DNA of 64,000 nt from Azolla caroliniana (GCA_043228905.1 JBHGNT010000004.1:15066001-15130000), one strand, 5' to 3'. Counted from the stretch's first letter, positions 38,534 to 51,441 are shown. Made by a program: numbers and translations. The notes: generated from the letters alone by a model not told the origin.

Positions 38534-39748
38534 AAGTGCATGATGATCGACAGTGACCCAAGCCCTTAATGTTTGTTCTATTATAGATACTTCAGTCTTA
38601 TATCTTCTTTGAATCATTGCCGTGAGAGAAATCTGTTGAGCAATGCATATTTTTGCAAAGATGTACATGTGGTCGGTCATGACCCATGGCACGGTCCCAG
38701 CTGCGTAAATTTTCATCATATTGTCACCATTCATTACCAATTGTATTGTGCAGCGCCAGGTATCTGCAAAAGGCTTTTTTCAGATATGTCTGGGATCTAT
38801 TATTCTTTCTTCCAAAGATTGCATGAGGAGACCATTGACCCATTGGCTCAGTGCTTCTTGCTTGCCTCAAAACATTACACATAGATAGCCATATATGAAA
38901 GAAAATGAACACTGCTATATAGAACGCACAATTGTGTATGTTGGGAGTTAAAAGTACATGAATTGTACAGTTAATATCTATTGAAAAATTTCATATATTG
39001 TTAACAAATACATGGATGCTGATTTTGTTCTGTTGTAGCTGAGCTCTAGAGTTTTTTGAATGCATGGCCTTCCTTTTGGGGATGACTATTTATGATTACC
39101 TAATGCAGTAATCAATTTAAGTTTGGGAATGACTATATATGATTACCTTCTGGCAGTAATCAATTTAAGGAAGCTTCATAAACCATAGTAGCAGACATAG
39201 ATTGACATATTCCCAATCACGTGATTGACATAGTAGCAGACATAGATTGACATGTAAATGTATTCATTTTCTTTATTTTTCTGAAAAAAATTTGTTTCTT
39301 TTTGTGAGTGAGTGAACAGAGAGCAGCAAGGAGGAAGCCTCACCTTGCTACCTGTGTGTGATGCTTACACCCTCGCCTCTCTCTGCATCCTGTTCTCGGC
39401 CAGAAATTAGGGCTTTGGCTGAAAACCCTAATTTCAGTCAAAATCCTAAATTTGACCGTATTTCTTCTTTCTGGCCTGCGTCCTCGTCTCCCTATCTTGC
39501 TCTGCACTAATCCTACATCCTGTTCTCAGCTGCAAACTCTAAGTAAATATTTTTTAATGAATTAGTAAATTAAGTAATGTACTAGTGAATTATTTAATGT
39601 TTAAGTGAATTAGTTAGTTATTAGTAAATTAGTTATTATACTAATGAATTAATTAATTATTGATGTATGTGTATATACATATATGTATGGAAGTATATGT
39701 ATGTGTGTATGTGTATGTATATGTATATGTGTTATATCAACTTATATG

Positions 39749-40323
39749 CATAGTTCCTAATATTCGCGTACGTCCAATTTACTGGACGTACGCGAACGTT
39801 TGCAAACGTACGCGTATGATACGCGATATTCGTTTGGCTTTCTTTTTTTTTTTGACTTTTTTTTGGTTTTTTTAATTTTTGATATTCATAATATTTTGTG
39901 AATAGAAGTGACATCTGACACACATACACACACTCTCTCTCTCTCTCTCACACGAGAACTGACAGATTTTCTCTCTCTACAAAATCTAGATATCTAATAT
40001 ACATATTAGATACTCCCTCACACAGACAAAACCCATAGCTCCTCTCTCTCTCTCTCTCTCTAGAGTCTAGATATACACTCAATCACTGTCTCCTCACACA
40101 TGCAAAACAGGGCTTCTCTCTCTAGACCACACACGCTCTCTCTCTCTCTCTCTCCCCCTCACACACACACACACTATGTACACCATATACACCATATGTA
40201 TATATAATATATCTATGTACCGCGTATGGATTTCAATCATACTTGGAGCCTTTTCACGTATGAGTATGATACGAATATTGGCGTTTGAGTATGACACGAA
40301 TGAGACGTATGGCTAGAACTATG
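39749..40323. mobile_element. Non-autonomous hAT-type element (575 bp)
   Basis: TIR CATAGTTC..GAACTATG, 8-bp TSD CTTATATG, subterminal CGTA/TACG motifs. Confidence 0.88.
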
Positions 40324-40659
40324 CTTATATGTATATGTAAATGAATGGTTTTATAATATTCTTGGGGCCATTTCCTATTCTCGAATTGTGTGAATATTGC
40401 AAATGTAGAAAATCACAAATGCCACGCATGTGTCAATATATGGTAGCAAATATGTGTTATGTTTTCCTTGTTTGTGCATGGTTATACTTACCAAGTGCTT
40501 TTGATGTTATTAATGACTATTATGTGGTGTCCTTAAGACACTATCCAAATGAGAAACATTTGGTCTTGCTTGCTTGAAAATATTGAAATCTAGGAGTTGT
40601 AGAATTTTTAGAGACATCTAGTTGTTAGTAGTTCAATTATGATACGAATATGCTAAATT

Positions 40660-41343
40660 GCCATGTGACTATTTCTAAACCCTTAAATTTTCTACTCTAA
40701 TATGTGTGCACAAATGCACCCCCTTTTGTACTAGCATATGTAAATACTAAGTAACGATAGGATTCTGGTGATTACTAGGAAATTAGGCTTTAATTGGTGC
40801 TTTAATGTCACGCAGGTGGAGGAGAATAATGGGGGGGAGGGCGATAACAAAAGGTCATTAGACTTGATCTAACAACCATCCCTTACGCTATAAAAGGGGC
40901 AACCCTAGATTGTTTTAGGGATCCATGCTTTAGGAGGAGGAAAGGCTATCGATCAGAGTATCGAAGCTCTCTCTCTCTCTCTCTCTTCCATTCGAACCAT
41001 TGCTTCCATGCGACTTAGCTCACATGCATTGCGATGTGAAACAGGGCGTTGGGGTACAAGTGATGAGAGTGGTCAGCTATGCACATTTTGCCCTAAACAA
41101 GTACGCGAGTCTGAGTATCACACTTTGATACAATGCTCTGCCTTTGATCATATTCGACCATGCTTTCCACATTTCTTCGCATCGAGCCCAATCTTTGCAT
41201 GAATTCCTCTCACAACCACAATGTGCACTCTCGATTGCAAAATTCATTGGTAAAGTTCTTGAACATCGAGAGTCACTACTCACTTTCACACGTATCACGT
41301 GAAATGTAATATTTTTGGTCATTTGACCTCCGAAGACGATAAT

Positions 41344-41389
<46 letters not shown>

Positions 41390-41772
41390 TTCGACCGACG
41401 ACCAAACTCTAGAAGGTGCATCCTCTGCTTGCGTCAGACGTTCATGTGCTCCCGGCAAGAGGATCATCACTTTGCGTGCGTCTACTGTGGAGCTCGAAGC
41501 TCTGTTCCCAGCTCAGACCGGTTGTACTCCTTGCGCATCATGTGCACATTCTAATTAATACCGTTAATCTATTTTGTTGTCTGGTGTTGCAATTTCGTCA
41601 TATCGTCTTGTAACGGTGACCTATGACCGTCTCACTCCTATCCCTCTCTATTTTGTCTACGGTTTGCTTGTACACAACGCGAGGGATATTCTTCGCCTTT
41701 TGCTCGATTCCTTGGTTCAAGACCCCCGTGGTCCTGCCCCAGTTCTAAGCGTCCACGCGGAATTATGCGACA
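40660..41772 (+). mobile_element. LTR related to solo LTR F; left boundary uncertain
   Basis: End CAAGACCCCCGTGGTCCTGCCC..TGCGACA matches the reverse-complement end of F; TATAAAAGG at ~40889. Confidence 0.55.
40987..41386 (+). mobile_element. 5'-truncated LINE (RTE/RTEX-like) inserted in a (CT)n tract
   Basis: MRLSSHALRCETGRW..CTFC..ESEYH..C motif; (CT)n on both sides; same 3' motif as the LINE at 1-1786. Confidence 0.82.
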
Positions 41773-42169
41773 ACGTTTCAGTTGGCTTGCAATTGGATGA
41801 AGACGATGCATTAGTCGCTAGTGAGGAAGAGGACGAGACTTCAGAATGTGCTACAAGTTCATTAGATGGGTCTGAAAATGATGGAATAGACTTGGAAAGC
41901 GACAATTTCAACTCATAAACTATAAATATTGTATTCTAGATTAAACTGTCAAATACCGACTATATATCGATTTAGATGTTGCCATTTTGTATACTATTTT
42001 GTAAGTTTGGCTTGCCAATTATTTAGGTGGTTTTGGACATGCCACAATTATTTTTAAATCTCCTTTACGCATGCGCATACCCTTCTTGTGAATCAACCTA
42101 TTTTTGGTCCTCTTTTTACGTGGCGTTCTCAAATTGTGACATGTATTACCTGTTTCAAATGTCTGGGTG

Positions 42170-42940
42170 TTTTCTGTGTCTTTTCTTCTTTTCTCCGTGC
42201 TGCAGAATCTCTCTCTCACATGCGTGTACAAACAACAAACATCCGATCTTGTTGGTTCATATCAACACTCGTTCGAGTCTCTCATGCGTCGTCACCACCA
42301 TTTCTCGCACATCATTGTCACCATTTTCCACACATCGTCGATTCGATTCCTTGCTCCCTTGCACGTCACATACTTTTGTTTCCCGCACATTGTCTTCGCC
42401 ATTTCTCACACATTTCCACCACGTACATTCATCGACTTCTTCCAAAAGGGGTTCACTGTTGTGGTCGCCAAAAGAAGTGTTATGGGTTAGGGTTAGGGTT
42501 TATAATGATGGTAGTGATGAAGATGGAAATGGTGCATGTGATGATGATGGCAATGAATGTTGCGGGGTTGATGGTTATTGATAAGTGTTATCGTACAATA
42601 TGTATGGTTTTTTGTGTCTTTTCTTCTTTTCTCTGTGCTGCAGAATCTCTCTCACACATGCGTGTACAAACAACAAACACTTGATCTTGTTGGTTCATAT
42701 CAACACTCGTTCGAGTCTCTCATCCGTCGTCACCACCATTTCTTGCACATGATTGTCACCATTTTTCACACATCGTCAATTCGATTCCCCGCTCCCTTGC
42801 ACATCACATACTTTTGTTTCCTGCACATTGTCTTCGCCATTTCTCACACATTTCCGCGACGTATATTCATCGACTTCTTCCAAAAGGGGTTCACTGTTGT
42901 GGTCCAAAAGAAGTTATGGGTTAGGGTTTATAATGATGAT
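42170..42940. repeat. Two diverged ~340-bp direct repeats (~42170-42510 and ~42610-42940) ending in GGGTTAGGGTTT
   Basis: Colinear sequence from TGTCTTTTCTTCTTTTCTC to GGGTTTATAATGATG. Confidence 0.85.
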
Positions 42941-43690
42941 AGTGTTATCGTACAAGATGTACGGAGAGTTGAGTGTTATGGGTGAGGGTTTAAGACTATA
43001 ATGTTGTTGTTGTGTATGTGTAATGTATGAAATTACGACTGTGAGTATATCTAAATTGTTTGATTTTAATTCTAAATTATTAGGTGTTAAGTCTAAATTA
43101 TTTGACGTCTTTTTTTCGGTATCCCCTTTCTTTGTACTTGAATAACTAAGATTAGATTCTATTATTTTTAGAAAAAAATTGTTAAATTCCATAGGATCTG
43201 GAACTATCCATAACTTCAAATCAAAAATTGAATTTATCTTCATTTTTTATTCGTTATTTTTTTGTTGATAAAATTTTCTTGCATATGCTATTTCATTAAG
43301 ATAACCAATATCCTCAACATCAGGAATATCTTCAATATCACCAATTCTAGAAAATTTTGATATTTCTGGACACGTGTGCATGTGGACAAATAAGAAGAGG
43401 TGTGCGTGAGTGATTAGTGTGGATGGCTAAGAGGGCTTGCACCCCTATGTATCTACTCCCTCTTTGTACTATTTAACCCCCTTATGGGGAATGAATGGAA
43501 CATAAGAAAATATTTCTCTCTCTTGTCATCATTTTCATTAACCCTAACCCAAACCAATAACAATGTGAGCTCTCGATACCGGAATTGGCTTGATGCTCCA
43601 CGACATGTGTGACACCATGAAGGTCACCATGGGTTCCACCATCGTAGGGTTAGCACACCCTATTTCGCAAGGTGAGAAGGCAAAAGCCTT

Positions 43691-45192
43691 CCCATGACTC
43701 TCAAGCATCTTTTATCCTCGAGAGGTAGGAAGTCACCCCCACCAATCTCGACCTTCTGTAGCGTTTCATCGGTGAACTCGTGCCCTATGTTGTGCAAGTC
43801 TTGTAAGCTTGGATAAACTACAACCCCTTTCATCTGCTCCTAGCCATCCCATGACTCTCAAGCATCTTTTATCCTCGAGAGGTAGGAAGTCACCCCCACC
43901 AATCTCGACCTTCTGTAGCGTTTCATCGGTGAACTCGTGCCCTATGTTGTGCAAGTCTTGTAAGCTTGGATAAACTACAACCCCTTTCATCTGCTCCTAG
44001 CCATCCCATGACTCTCAAGCATCTTTTATCCTCGAGAGGTAGGAAGTCACCCCCACCAATCTCGACCTTCTGTAGCGTTTCATCGGTGAACTCGTGCCCT
44101 ATGTTGTGCAAGTCTTGTAAGCTTGGATAAACTACAACCCCTTTCATCTGCTCCTAGCCATCCCATGACTCTCAAGCATCTTTTATCCTCGAGAGGTAGG
44201 AAGTCACCCCCACCAATCTCGACCTTCTGTAGCGTTTCATCGGTGAACTCGTGCCCTATGTTGTGCAAGTCTTGTAAGCTTGGATAAACTACAACCCCTT
44301 TCATCTGCTCCTAGCCATCCCATGACTCTCAAGCATCTTTTATCCTCGAGAGGTAGGAAGTCACCCCCACCAATCTCGACCTTCTGTAGCGTTTCATCGG
44401 TGAACTCGTGCCCTATGTTGTGCAAGTCTTGTAAGCTTGGATAAACTACAACCCCTTTCATCTGCTCCTAGCCATCCCATGACTCTCAAGCATCTTTTAT
44501 CCTCGAGAGGTAGGAAGTCACCCCCACCAATCTCGACCTTCTGTAGCGTTTCATCGGTGAACTCGTGCCCTATGTTGTGCAAGTCTTGTAAGCTTGGATA
44601 AACTACAACCCCTTTCATCTGCTCCTAGCCATCCCATGACTCTCAAGCATCTTTTATCCTCGAGAGGTAGGAAGTCACCCCCACCAATCTCGACCTTCTG
44701 TAGCGTTTCATCGGTGAACTCGTGCCCTATGTTGTGCAAGTCTTGTAAGCTTGGATAAACTACAACCCCTTTCATCTGCTCCTAGCCATCCCATGACTCT
44801 CAAGCATCTTTTATCCTCGAGAGGTAGGAAGTCACCCCCACCAATCTCGACCTTCTGTAGCGTTTCATCGGTGAACTCGTGCCCTATGTTGTGCAAGTCT
44901 TGTAAGCTTGGATAAACTACAACCCCTTTCATCTGCTCCTAGCCATCCCATGACTCTCAAGCATCTTTTATCCTCGAGAGGTAGGAAGTCACCCCCACCA
45001 ATCTCGACCTTCTGTAGTGTTTCATCGGTGAACTCGTGCCCTATGTTGTGCAAGTCTTGTAAGCTTGGATAAACTACAACCCCTTTCATCTGCTCCTAGC
45101 CATCCCATGACTCTCAAGCATCTTTTATCCTCGAGAGGTAGGAAGTCACCCCCACCAATCTCGACCTTCTGTAGCGTTTCATCGGTGAACTC
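43691..45192. repeat. 157-bp tandem array, 9 full units plus an 89-bp partial unit
   Basis: Units start at 43691 + n*157; only one substitution noticed (~45017). Confidence 0.97.
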
Positions 45193-45620
45193 TAGCCTCA
45201 CCTTCCGTCCATCGTCTTATACCTGGTGTTACAATCGACTGTCTAGTTCTCCCTGGCTATCTATCCGAACTCCTCAATCACTTCATACATATATACAGGA
45301 TGCCACATGGAATGGTGGGGGTTGAACCCATGACCTTCTGGTCTTATTGGGCAACCTTACCAATTGAGCTACATCCATCTATGCATTATTGTATTGTGTA
45401 AGACTCAACTTATTTCATTATAGATTGATCACTAGAACTTTCAAGAACCTTCTAGAGAATGCATCTTCATGCACTCTCTAGAAGTTTCCATGCACTCTCT
45501 AGAAGTCTTCTAGCTTTCATGCATACCTCCACATTCTTGTATAAATATTGGGGTGCACCTTGGTTACAATCAAGGTGAACAACACAAGTTACGAAAGCAT
45601 ATACAGTTCTTGTTTATTTC

Positions 45621-48600
45621 TGTAGAGAGTAACGTGCGGAAGCAAGTATGAAGACCAAACAGAAGGGAGGAAACTCAGGTTTAATGGAGAGCTTGAGCTT
45701 ACACAGTATACGCAGGAGAGACAGAGAGAAGGAAACACAAAAAACTATATTCAACACTTTATTCACCACTCTCTATACATATGTGTGTTCAATGAACACT
45801 TTTATACAAGTCCTAGAAGGACTGACTGAAGTACTGACAGTACTTCAACACTCATTAAGAGCTCCTACACTAACTCCCAAATATATTCCTCACGGAATAT
45901 CTTTCCTAACGGCCTCCCGGTTTACGCACTCGGCCTAACCGATCGGTCCCAACCGATCCGGTCCTCGGCTTCTTCAGCCGATCCGGCCGATGTTGAGCTT
46001 GTCTCTCAACACTCCCCCTCAAGCTCAACTTGAGGCTCTTCGGGATCTTCGGGCTCACAGCTCCGGTTCCTCCTGGCTTCACGCCTAGCTCGCGCTCCTC
46101 GACCTGTTCGACTCCGCGCACTTCGACCCTTCCGGTCGGCTTGTCTGCTCATGTGGCCCTTATCAGCTCTTTTGTTGTTGCGGTGTTGACGCTTCTCCTA
46201 CTGCCTTTTCTTCTGCTTGGGCCTCGGTTGATTCAGTGTATCTGAATCAAACATCCGAACCAACTTGGCTACCACTGATGGGTTTTCGCTCTCATCCGAG
46301 TTGGCTGTCTCCAACTCGTCTTCGGTCTTCTCGCCCTCGATGGCGTCATCTCCCCCATGCGTGGTTGGCTTCGGCTCTCTCCTTCGGCTGCTCCCCTTCT
46401 GTCCACTTTCGGCCTTTTCCGCGGGTCCGCCCTCGTCGAACTCGACAACCGAGTCCACCGACTCGGACTCGATGTCACGGTCTCCGCTCCTTTCCTGCTG
46501 CCTTGCTTGGTTGTTTGGGACTATTCTCCCCCTCAAGTTTGGCACGTTGAGGTGACGCAATCCGAGCGCACCTGAGAATTGCCGCAACTTGTCTAGACCA
46601 AGAGGCTTTGTGATGATGTCGGCAGCCTGCCGATCCATCGGCACGTACTGAAGTTCGACTTCACCGGACAGGACACGCTCACGGACGAAATGGTAATGCA
46701 CCTCAATGTGCTTGGTCCGTGCGTGGAAGACAGGGTTCTTCGCGAGCTGGATACTGCTGAGGTTGTCGCAGTAGATCGTCGTCGGATCTAACACCTCCAC
46801 TTGCAGGTCCTTAAGTAGCCGCTTCAACCATATGGCTTCGCATGTCGCGACAACCGCTCCTCGGTACTCAGCTTCGGTGCTCGACAGTGCAACTGTCGGC
46901 TACTTCTTATTGCTCCACGCGATCGCGGCACTCCCGAGGGAGAACGCGTATCCGGACGTGGATCAGCGATCAGCAGCATTGCCAACCCAATCAGCATCGG
47001 TGTAGCCGACTAACCGCGCGGCTGCACCAGTCCGATATAGCAGTCCCCGGTCCTTAGTGCCGTTGACATACCGAAGTATGCATTGCGCACATTGAAGGTG
47101 CTCCTCGGTAGGTCGCGCCATGAACTGACTGATCACTCCGACCGGATAACTGAGGTCGGGTCGGGTGATGGTCAAGTATATGAGGCTTTCGACGATTTGT
47201 CAGAACCTCGTCGGGTCGCATACCTTTCCCGTATCGGGACGAAGCTTGACGGTCCTGTCTAGAGGAGTCGAGACGGACTTACAGTTGGCCATCCCGAATT
47301 TGAAGAGCATACTCAGCACGTAATGGCGTTGGCTGATCAATATGCCTTCGGGGGTACGGATCACTTCGATCCTGAGGAAGTAATGAAGGTCCCCCAGATC
47401 CTTCATGTCGAACGATGCCGCAAGCTGGAGCTTCACGCGGTCGATTTCACCTAGGTCGGCACCGGTGATGACCAGGTCATCAACATATAGTAGAATACTA
47501 ACCGGTCCGAGTCGACCTTTCCGGATGAACAGGGAAGAGTCCGATTTTGACGTGACGAAGCCCATCCAACGCAGTTGTTGCATGATCTTCGCGTTCCAGG
47601 CACGCGGGGCTTGCTTCAGTCCGTAAAGGGACTTCTTCAGTCGGCAGACTGCCGAGGAGTTCGTTCCGGAGTGAAATCCGAGGGGTTGTACCATGTACAC
47701 TTGTACCTCAAGGTCACCTTGCAGGAACGCATTCTTTACATCCATCTGATGTAAGTGCCACCCCTTCACCGCAGCTACTGCGAGCAAAACACGGACGATC
47801 GTCATTTTCGCGACCGGCGCAAACGTCTCATCGTAGTCGATGCCGTGTATCTGCGCGTAGCCCTTTGCCACTAGCCGAGCCTTGTACCGATTGACCGAGC
47901 CATCGGTGTTATACTTGACCTTGTACACCCACCTACACCGGATCGGTTTTACCCCTTTTGGTGCGTCAACCAGGTCCCAGGTCTCGTTCTCCGCCAATGC
48001 GTGCATCTCTTCCTCCATCGCGGCACGCCAATTCGCGTTTTTAGCCGCTTCTGCGTAGCTCTCCGGCTCACGCACTTCCGCTACACGGGTCATGTACGCA
48101 TAATGATGCGCCATGTACTCGTTGTATCCGAACCGCACAACTGGGTTCTTTTGGCGGGTAGATCGGCGCAATCTCACATTAGCCGATGTCGAGGCCTTCT
48201 CGGTCGACGCGGTCTTCATCTTTAAAGACCCATCACCGGTTCCCTCGGAGTCGGACTCGCGTCGGTCTGACTTGTTCCTATTCGTGCCGGAATCCGACAC
48301 CTTCTTCTTCCCTTTCTCTTCACGCGTAAGCCGTCTCCTCGGCTTGCTACGCGGGGAATGCACGGCCGAGTCTCCACTACTCGTTGACTCTTCATCGGAC
48401 TGGTCGTACCGACTCAGTCCACTTAACCGGAGTGAGATCGGACTCTCTTCGCGGGTCTCGATTTCGGGCTCATCTGGAGGCATCTTGGCCTCGCTGACCT
48501 CATCGTCAGAGCTCGGATTGGGGGCAGGGTTCGGAGACGGGGGCAGGTACCAGGACGCGGACTCGTCAAACACAACGTCGCGGCTGACACGCGCTTGTTT

Positions 48601-51278
48601 GGTGCGAGGGTTATAGCACTTATAACCCTTCTGCTCGTCCGAGTAACTGACCAAGATGCATTTCTCGGCCTTTGCGTCCAGCTTCCTCCTTTTCTCCTTC
48701 GGTATATGCACATACGCAATGCTACCGAACACCCTCAAGTGTCGCAGGTTCGGCTTTGTTCCGAAATATTGCTCGTGCGCTGACACTTTGTCTCCGATCC
48801 GGTTCTGGATGTATACCGCGGTCCTTACCACCTCGGCCCAATAGAACTTGGGCAAGCTCTTCTCCTCCAGCATTGCCCGTGCTGCTTCCACAACTGACCG
48901 ATTCTTCCTCTCGGCCACGCGCGTTCTGCTCCGGCGTGTATCTGCAACTGAATTCGTGCCGAATTCCCATTTGTTGTAGATAACTATTGAATTGACCGGA
49001 AAAGTACTCTTTCTCGCCATCCGACCGCAAGCACTTGATCTTTCGTCCCGTTTCCGTTTCCACGAACCCTTTGAGGTCTCGGAAACAGTCGAAGACTTCG
49101 CTCTTCCTCTCAATGAGGTTGATCCACGTGTGCCGCGTGTGGTCGTCGATGAAGGAGACAAAATATCGGCTCCCGCCAAGACTAACGTTTTGTGCCGGCC
49201 CCCATACATTGGAGTGTATAAGGTCGAGCTTGTTCCAGCTCCAGTTTCGCTTGTTGGGGAAGGGAAGTCGGTGTTGCTTCCCGAGCTGGCAGGCTTCACA
49301 AATTTGTGCCTTTCGGCTACTAAATTTGGGCAAACCGAATACTACCTGTTTCGATTACAGATCTTGAAGCCGCTAGTAGTTGACGTGGCCTATCCGCTTG
49401 TGCCACAAGTCGATGTCCGACTTGGCTTTTTGTCCCTTCGCGAACATTGCGGTGCCACCGTCAGTGGAATCGAGGATGAACATCCTCCCACCTCTGCGCC
49501 CTTGCGCAATCACACGGCCTTCTTCCTCAATGAAGCACCTGAGGTGTGTGAACCGAACCTCCATCCCTTGGTCGACGATCTGTCCGATCGAGACCAAGTT
49601 TTTCGTGATTGTCGGAACGTGCAACACGTTCATGAGTTTCCCTTTCTGCCCGACATGGCTAAGGGGAACTTCTCCGACATTCGCGATCGGATGTGGAGTG
49701 TCGTCTCCAGTTGTGACTACTCCAGGTTGTATCAGTTTTTCCAGGTACGAGAACCACCCCTTATGGCTCGTCATGTGGTTTGACGCGCCGGACTCTACGT
49801 ACCACACCTCGTCCGATCTCGGGGTGCTATGTTTCATTGAGTTTGCTTCGTGTCTCGACACGAAGGCAGACCCTTCTCCGTCTCTCCCGGAGTCTTCGGC
49901 GTAGTGCGATCGCTGCCGATTTCCCTTGTCGGTATGTTCGGAGCCATTTCCGGAGCCGGTTCTCTCCAAATCGGCGCGCTTCTTCCAGCACTCACTTTCC
50001 CTGTGGCCTTTCTTGCCACAGTACCAGCACTTCGCGATGGCCTTCCCTTGCCGGTTCCCATCGCTTCGACTCCCCCTGTTTCCGGAGGGTCCGCAGTTGC
50101 TGTCGGCGTCACTTCGATGCCTTCTTCCTTGATCTCGTCGACCGCTTCCATTGCGTACCGACTCACCTCGTCCGCCACGACCACGGGGCCTTTCTCCCTC
50201 CATGTACAACATCTTGTTGTCGGTGTGCGTGCTCGTCGACGCACCCGCATGGTTCTCCTCTACCAGGAGCATTGACTGTAGGTCGAAAAAGGACGGCGTA
50301 TTCTCCCGGGTACACACAACCGTTCGGAACGCTCCGAACTTCGACGCCAGACCTCCGAGACAGTTCTGGACCATCTCGCTCTCCTCGATGTTCACCTCTA
50401 TGGAGGCGAGGGAGTCGCAGATATCCTTGATCTTCGAGGTATAGTCCGCCACCGACAAATCGCGTTGTCGTAGGTTGCTCAACTCCTGTCGGAGCTGAAG
50501 CTTCCTAGCTGTGGTGCTCGCGGCGAAAATCTTCTTCAGATTTTCCCACGCACCCTTCGGCGTCTTTGCATCCCGAACATAGCTCAATAGTTGTTTGCCC
50601 ACACACGACGCGAAGAAGTATAATACCTTGCTCGCCGATTGCTCCCACGACGGGAAGTCTCTGTGTGTCGATTCGGGTGCCGCGTCATTAGCTCCTTCGA
50701 CATAACTCCAGTAGCCGTGCCCGAGCAGGTACTGGTGCATCTTGTAGGACCAAGACGCTTAGTTGGTTCTGTCGAGCTTCTCTATTGGAAGTGAGCTCGC
50801 CATGCCTCTATCCATCATTCTTCTTGTTCTTCTTCGTCAAGCTGTGTCGGCTGCAGAGAAGTTCTCAACCCTCGCGCTCTGATACCATGTAGAGAGTAAC
50901 GTGCGGAAGCAAGTATGAAGACCGAACAGAAGGGAGGAAACTCAGGTTTAATGGAGAGCTTGAGCTTACACGGTATACGCAGGAGAGACAGAGAGACAGA
51001 AACACAAAAAACTATATTCAACACTCTATTCACCACTCTCTATACATATGTGTGTTCAATGAACACTTTTATACAAGTCCTAGAAGGACTGACCGAAGTA
51101 CTGACAGTACTTCAACACTCATTAAGAGCTCCTACACTAACTCCCAAATATATTCCTCACGGAATATCTTTCCTAACGGCCTCCCGGTTTACACACTCGG
51201 CCTAACCGATCGGTCCCAACCGATCCGGTCCTCGGCTTCTTCAGCCGATCCGGCCGATGTTGAGCTTGTCTCTCAACA
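45621..51278 (-). mobile_element. Copia H: full-length copia with 391-bp LTRs
   Basis: LTRs 45621-46011 and 50888-51278, TSD ATTTC/ATTTG, Met PBS (rc) 50876-50887, PPT (rc) 46012-46025. Confidence 0.95.
46198..50815 (-). pseudogene. Copia H gag-pol with stops and a frameshift, plus a charged C-terminal extension
   Basis: CWYCGKKGHRESEC, WYVESGAS, integrase, LYVDDL, YCDN..KHIEVHYHF across ORFs 49373-50740, 48722-49333, 47200-49299 and 46198-46827. Confidence 0.88.
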
Positions 51279-51441
51279 ATTTGTCTATCCTCTCTCTTGC
51301 TTGTTCTCTTGTCTATGCTCTCTCTCCCGTTATCTCTTAATATTGAGCCTCCTCTACTTGTTTGTGACAATCTTGTGATCTTGCTTATGCTCTCCCTCGC
51401 TCTTAGTACTTAGCCTCATTCCACCCGTTCGTGACAGTTTG

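Noticed and set aside
39184-39740. Larger hAT element starting at CATAGTAG with an acidic tail at 41773-41918
   Set aside because: No matching right TIR, TSD or transposase core could be found.
42483-42502. Telomere or interstitial telomeric array
   Set aside because: Only 2-3 TTAGGG units inside a dispersed repeat.
43766-45089. Eight identical 74-aa ORFs, or a CRISPR-like array
   Set aside because: By-products of the 157-bp repeat; there are no unique spacers or cas genes, and the context is eukaryotic.
47405-50444. Many plus-strand ORFs over copia H, and antisense ORFs over copia E and element C
   Set aside because: Shadow ORFs of GC-rich coding strands with no motifs.
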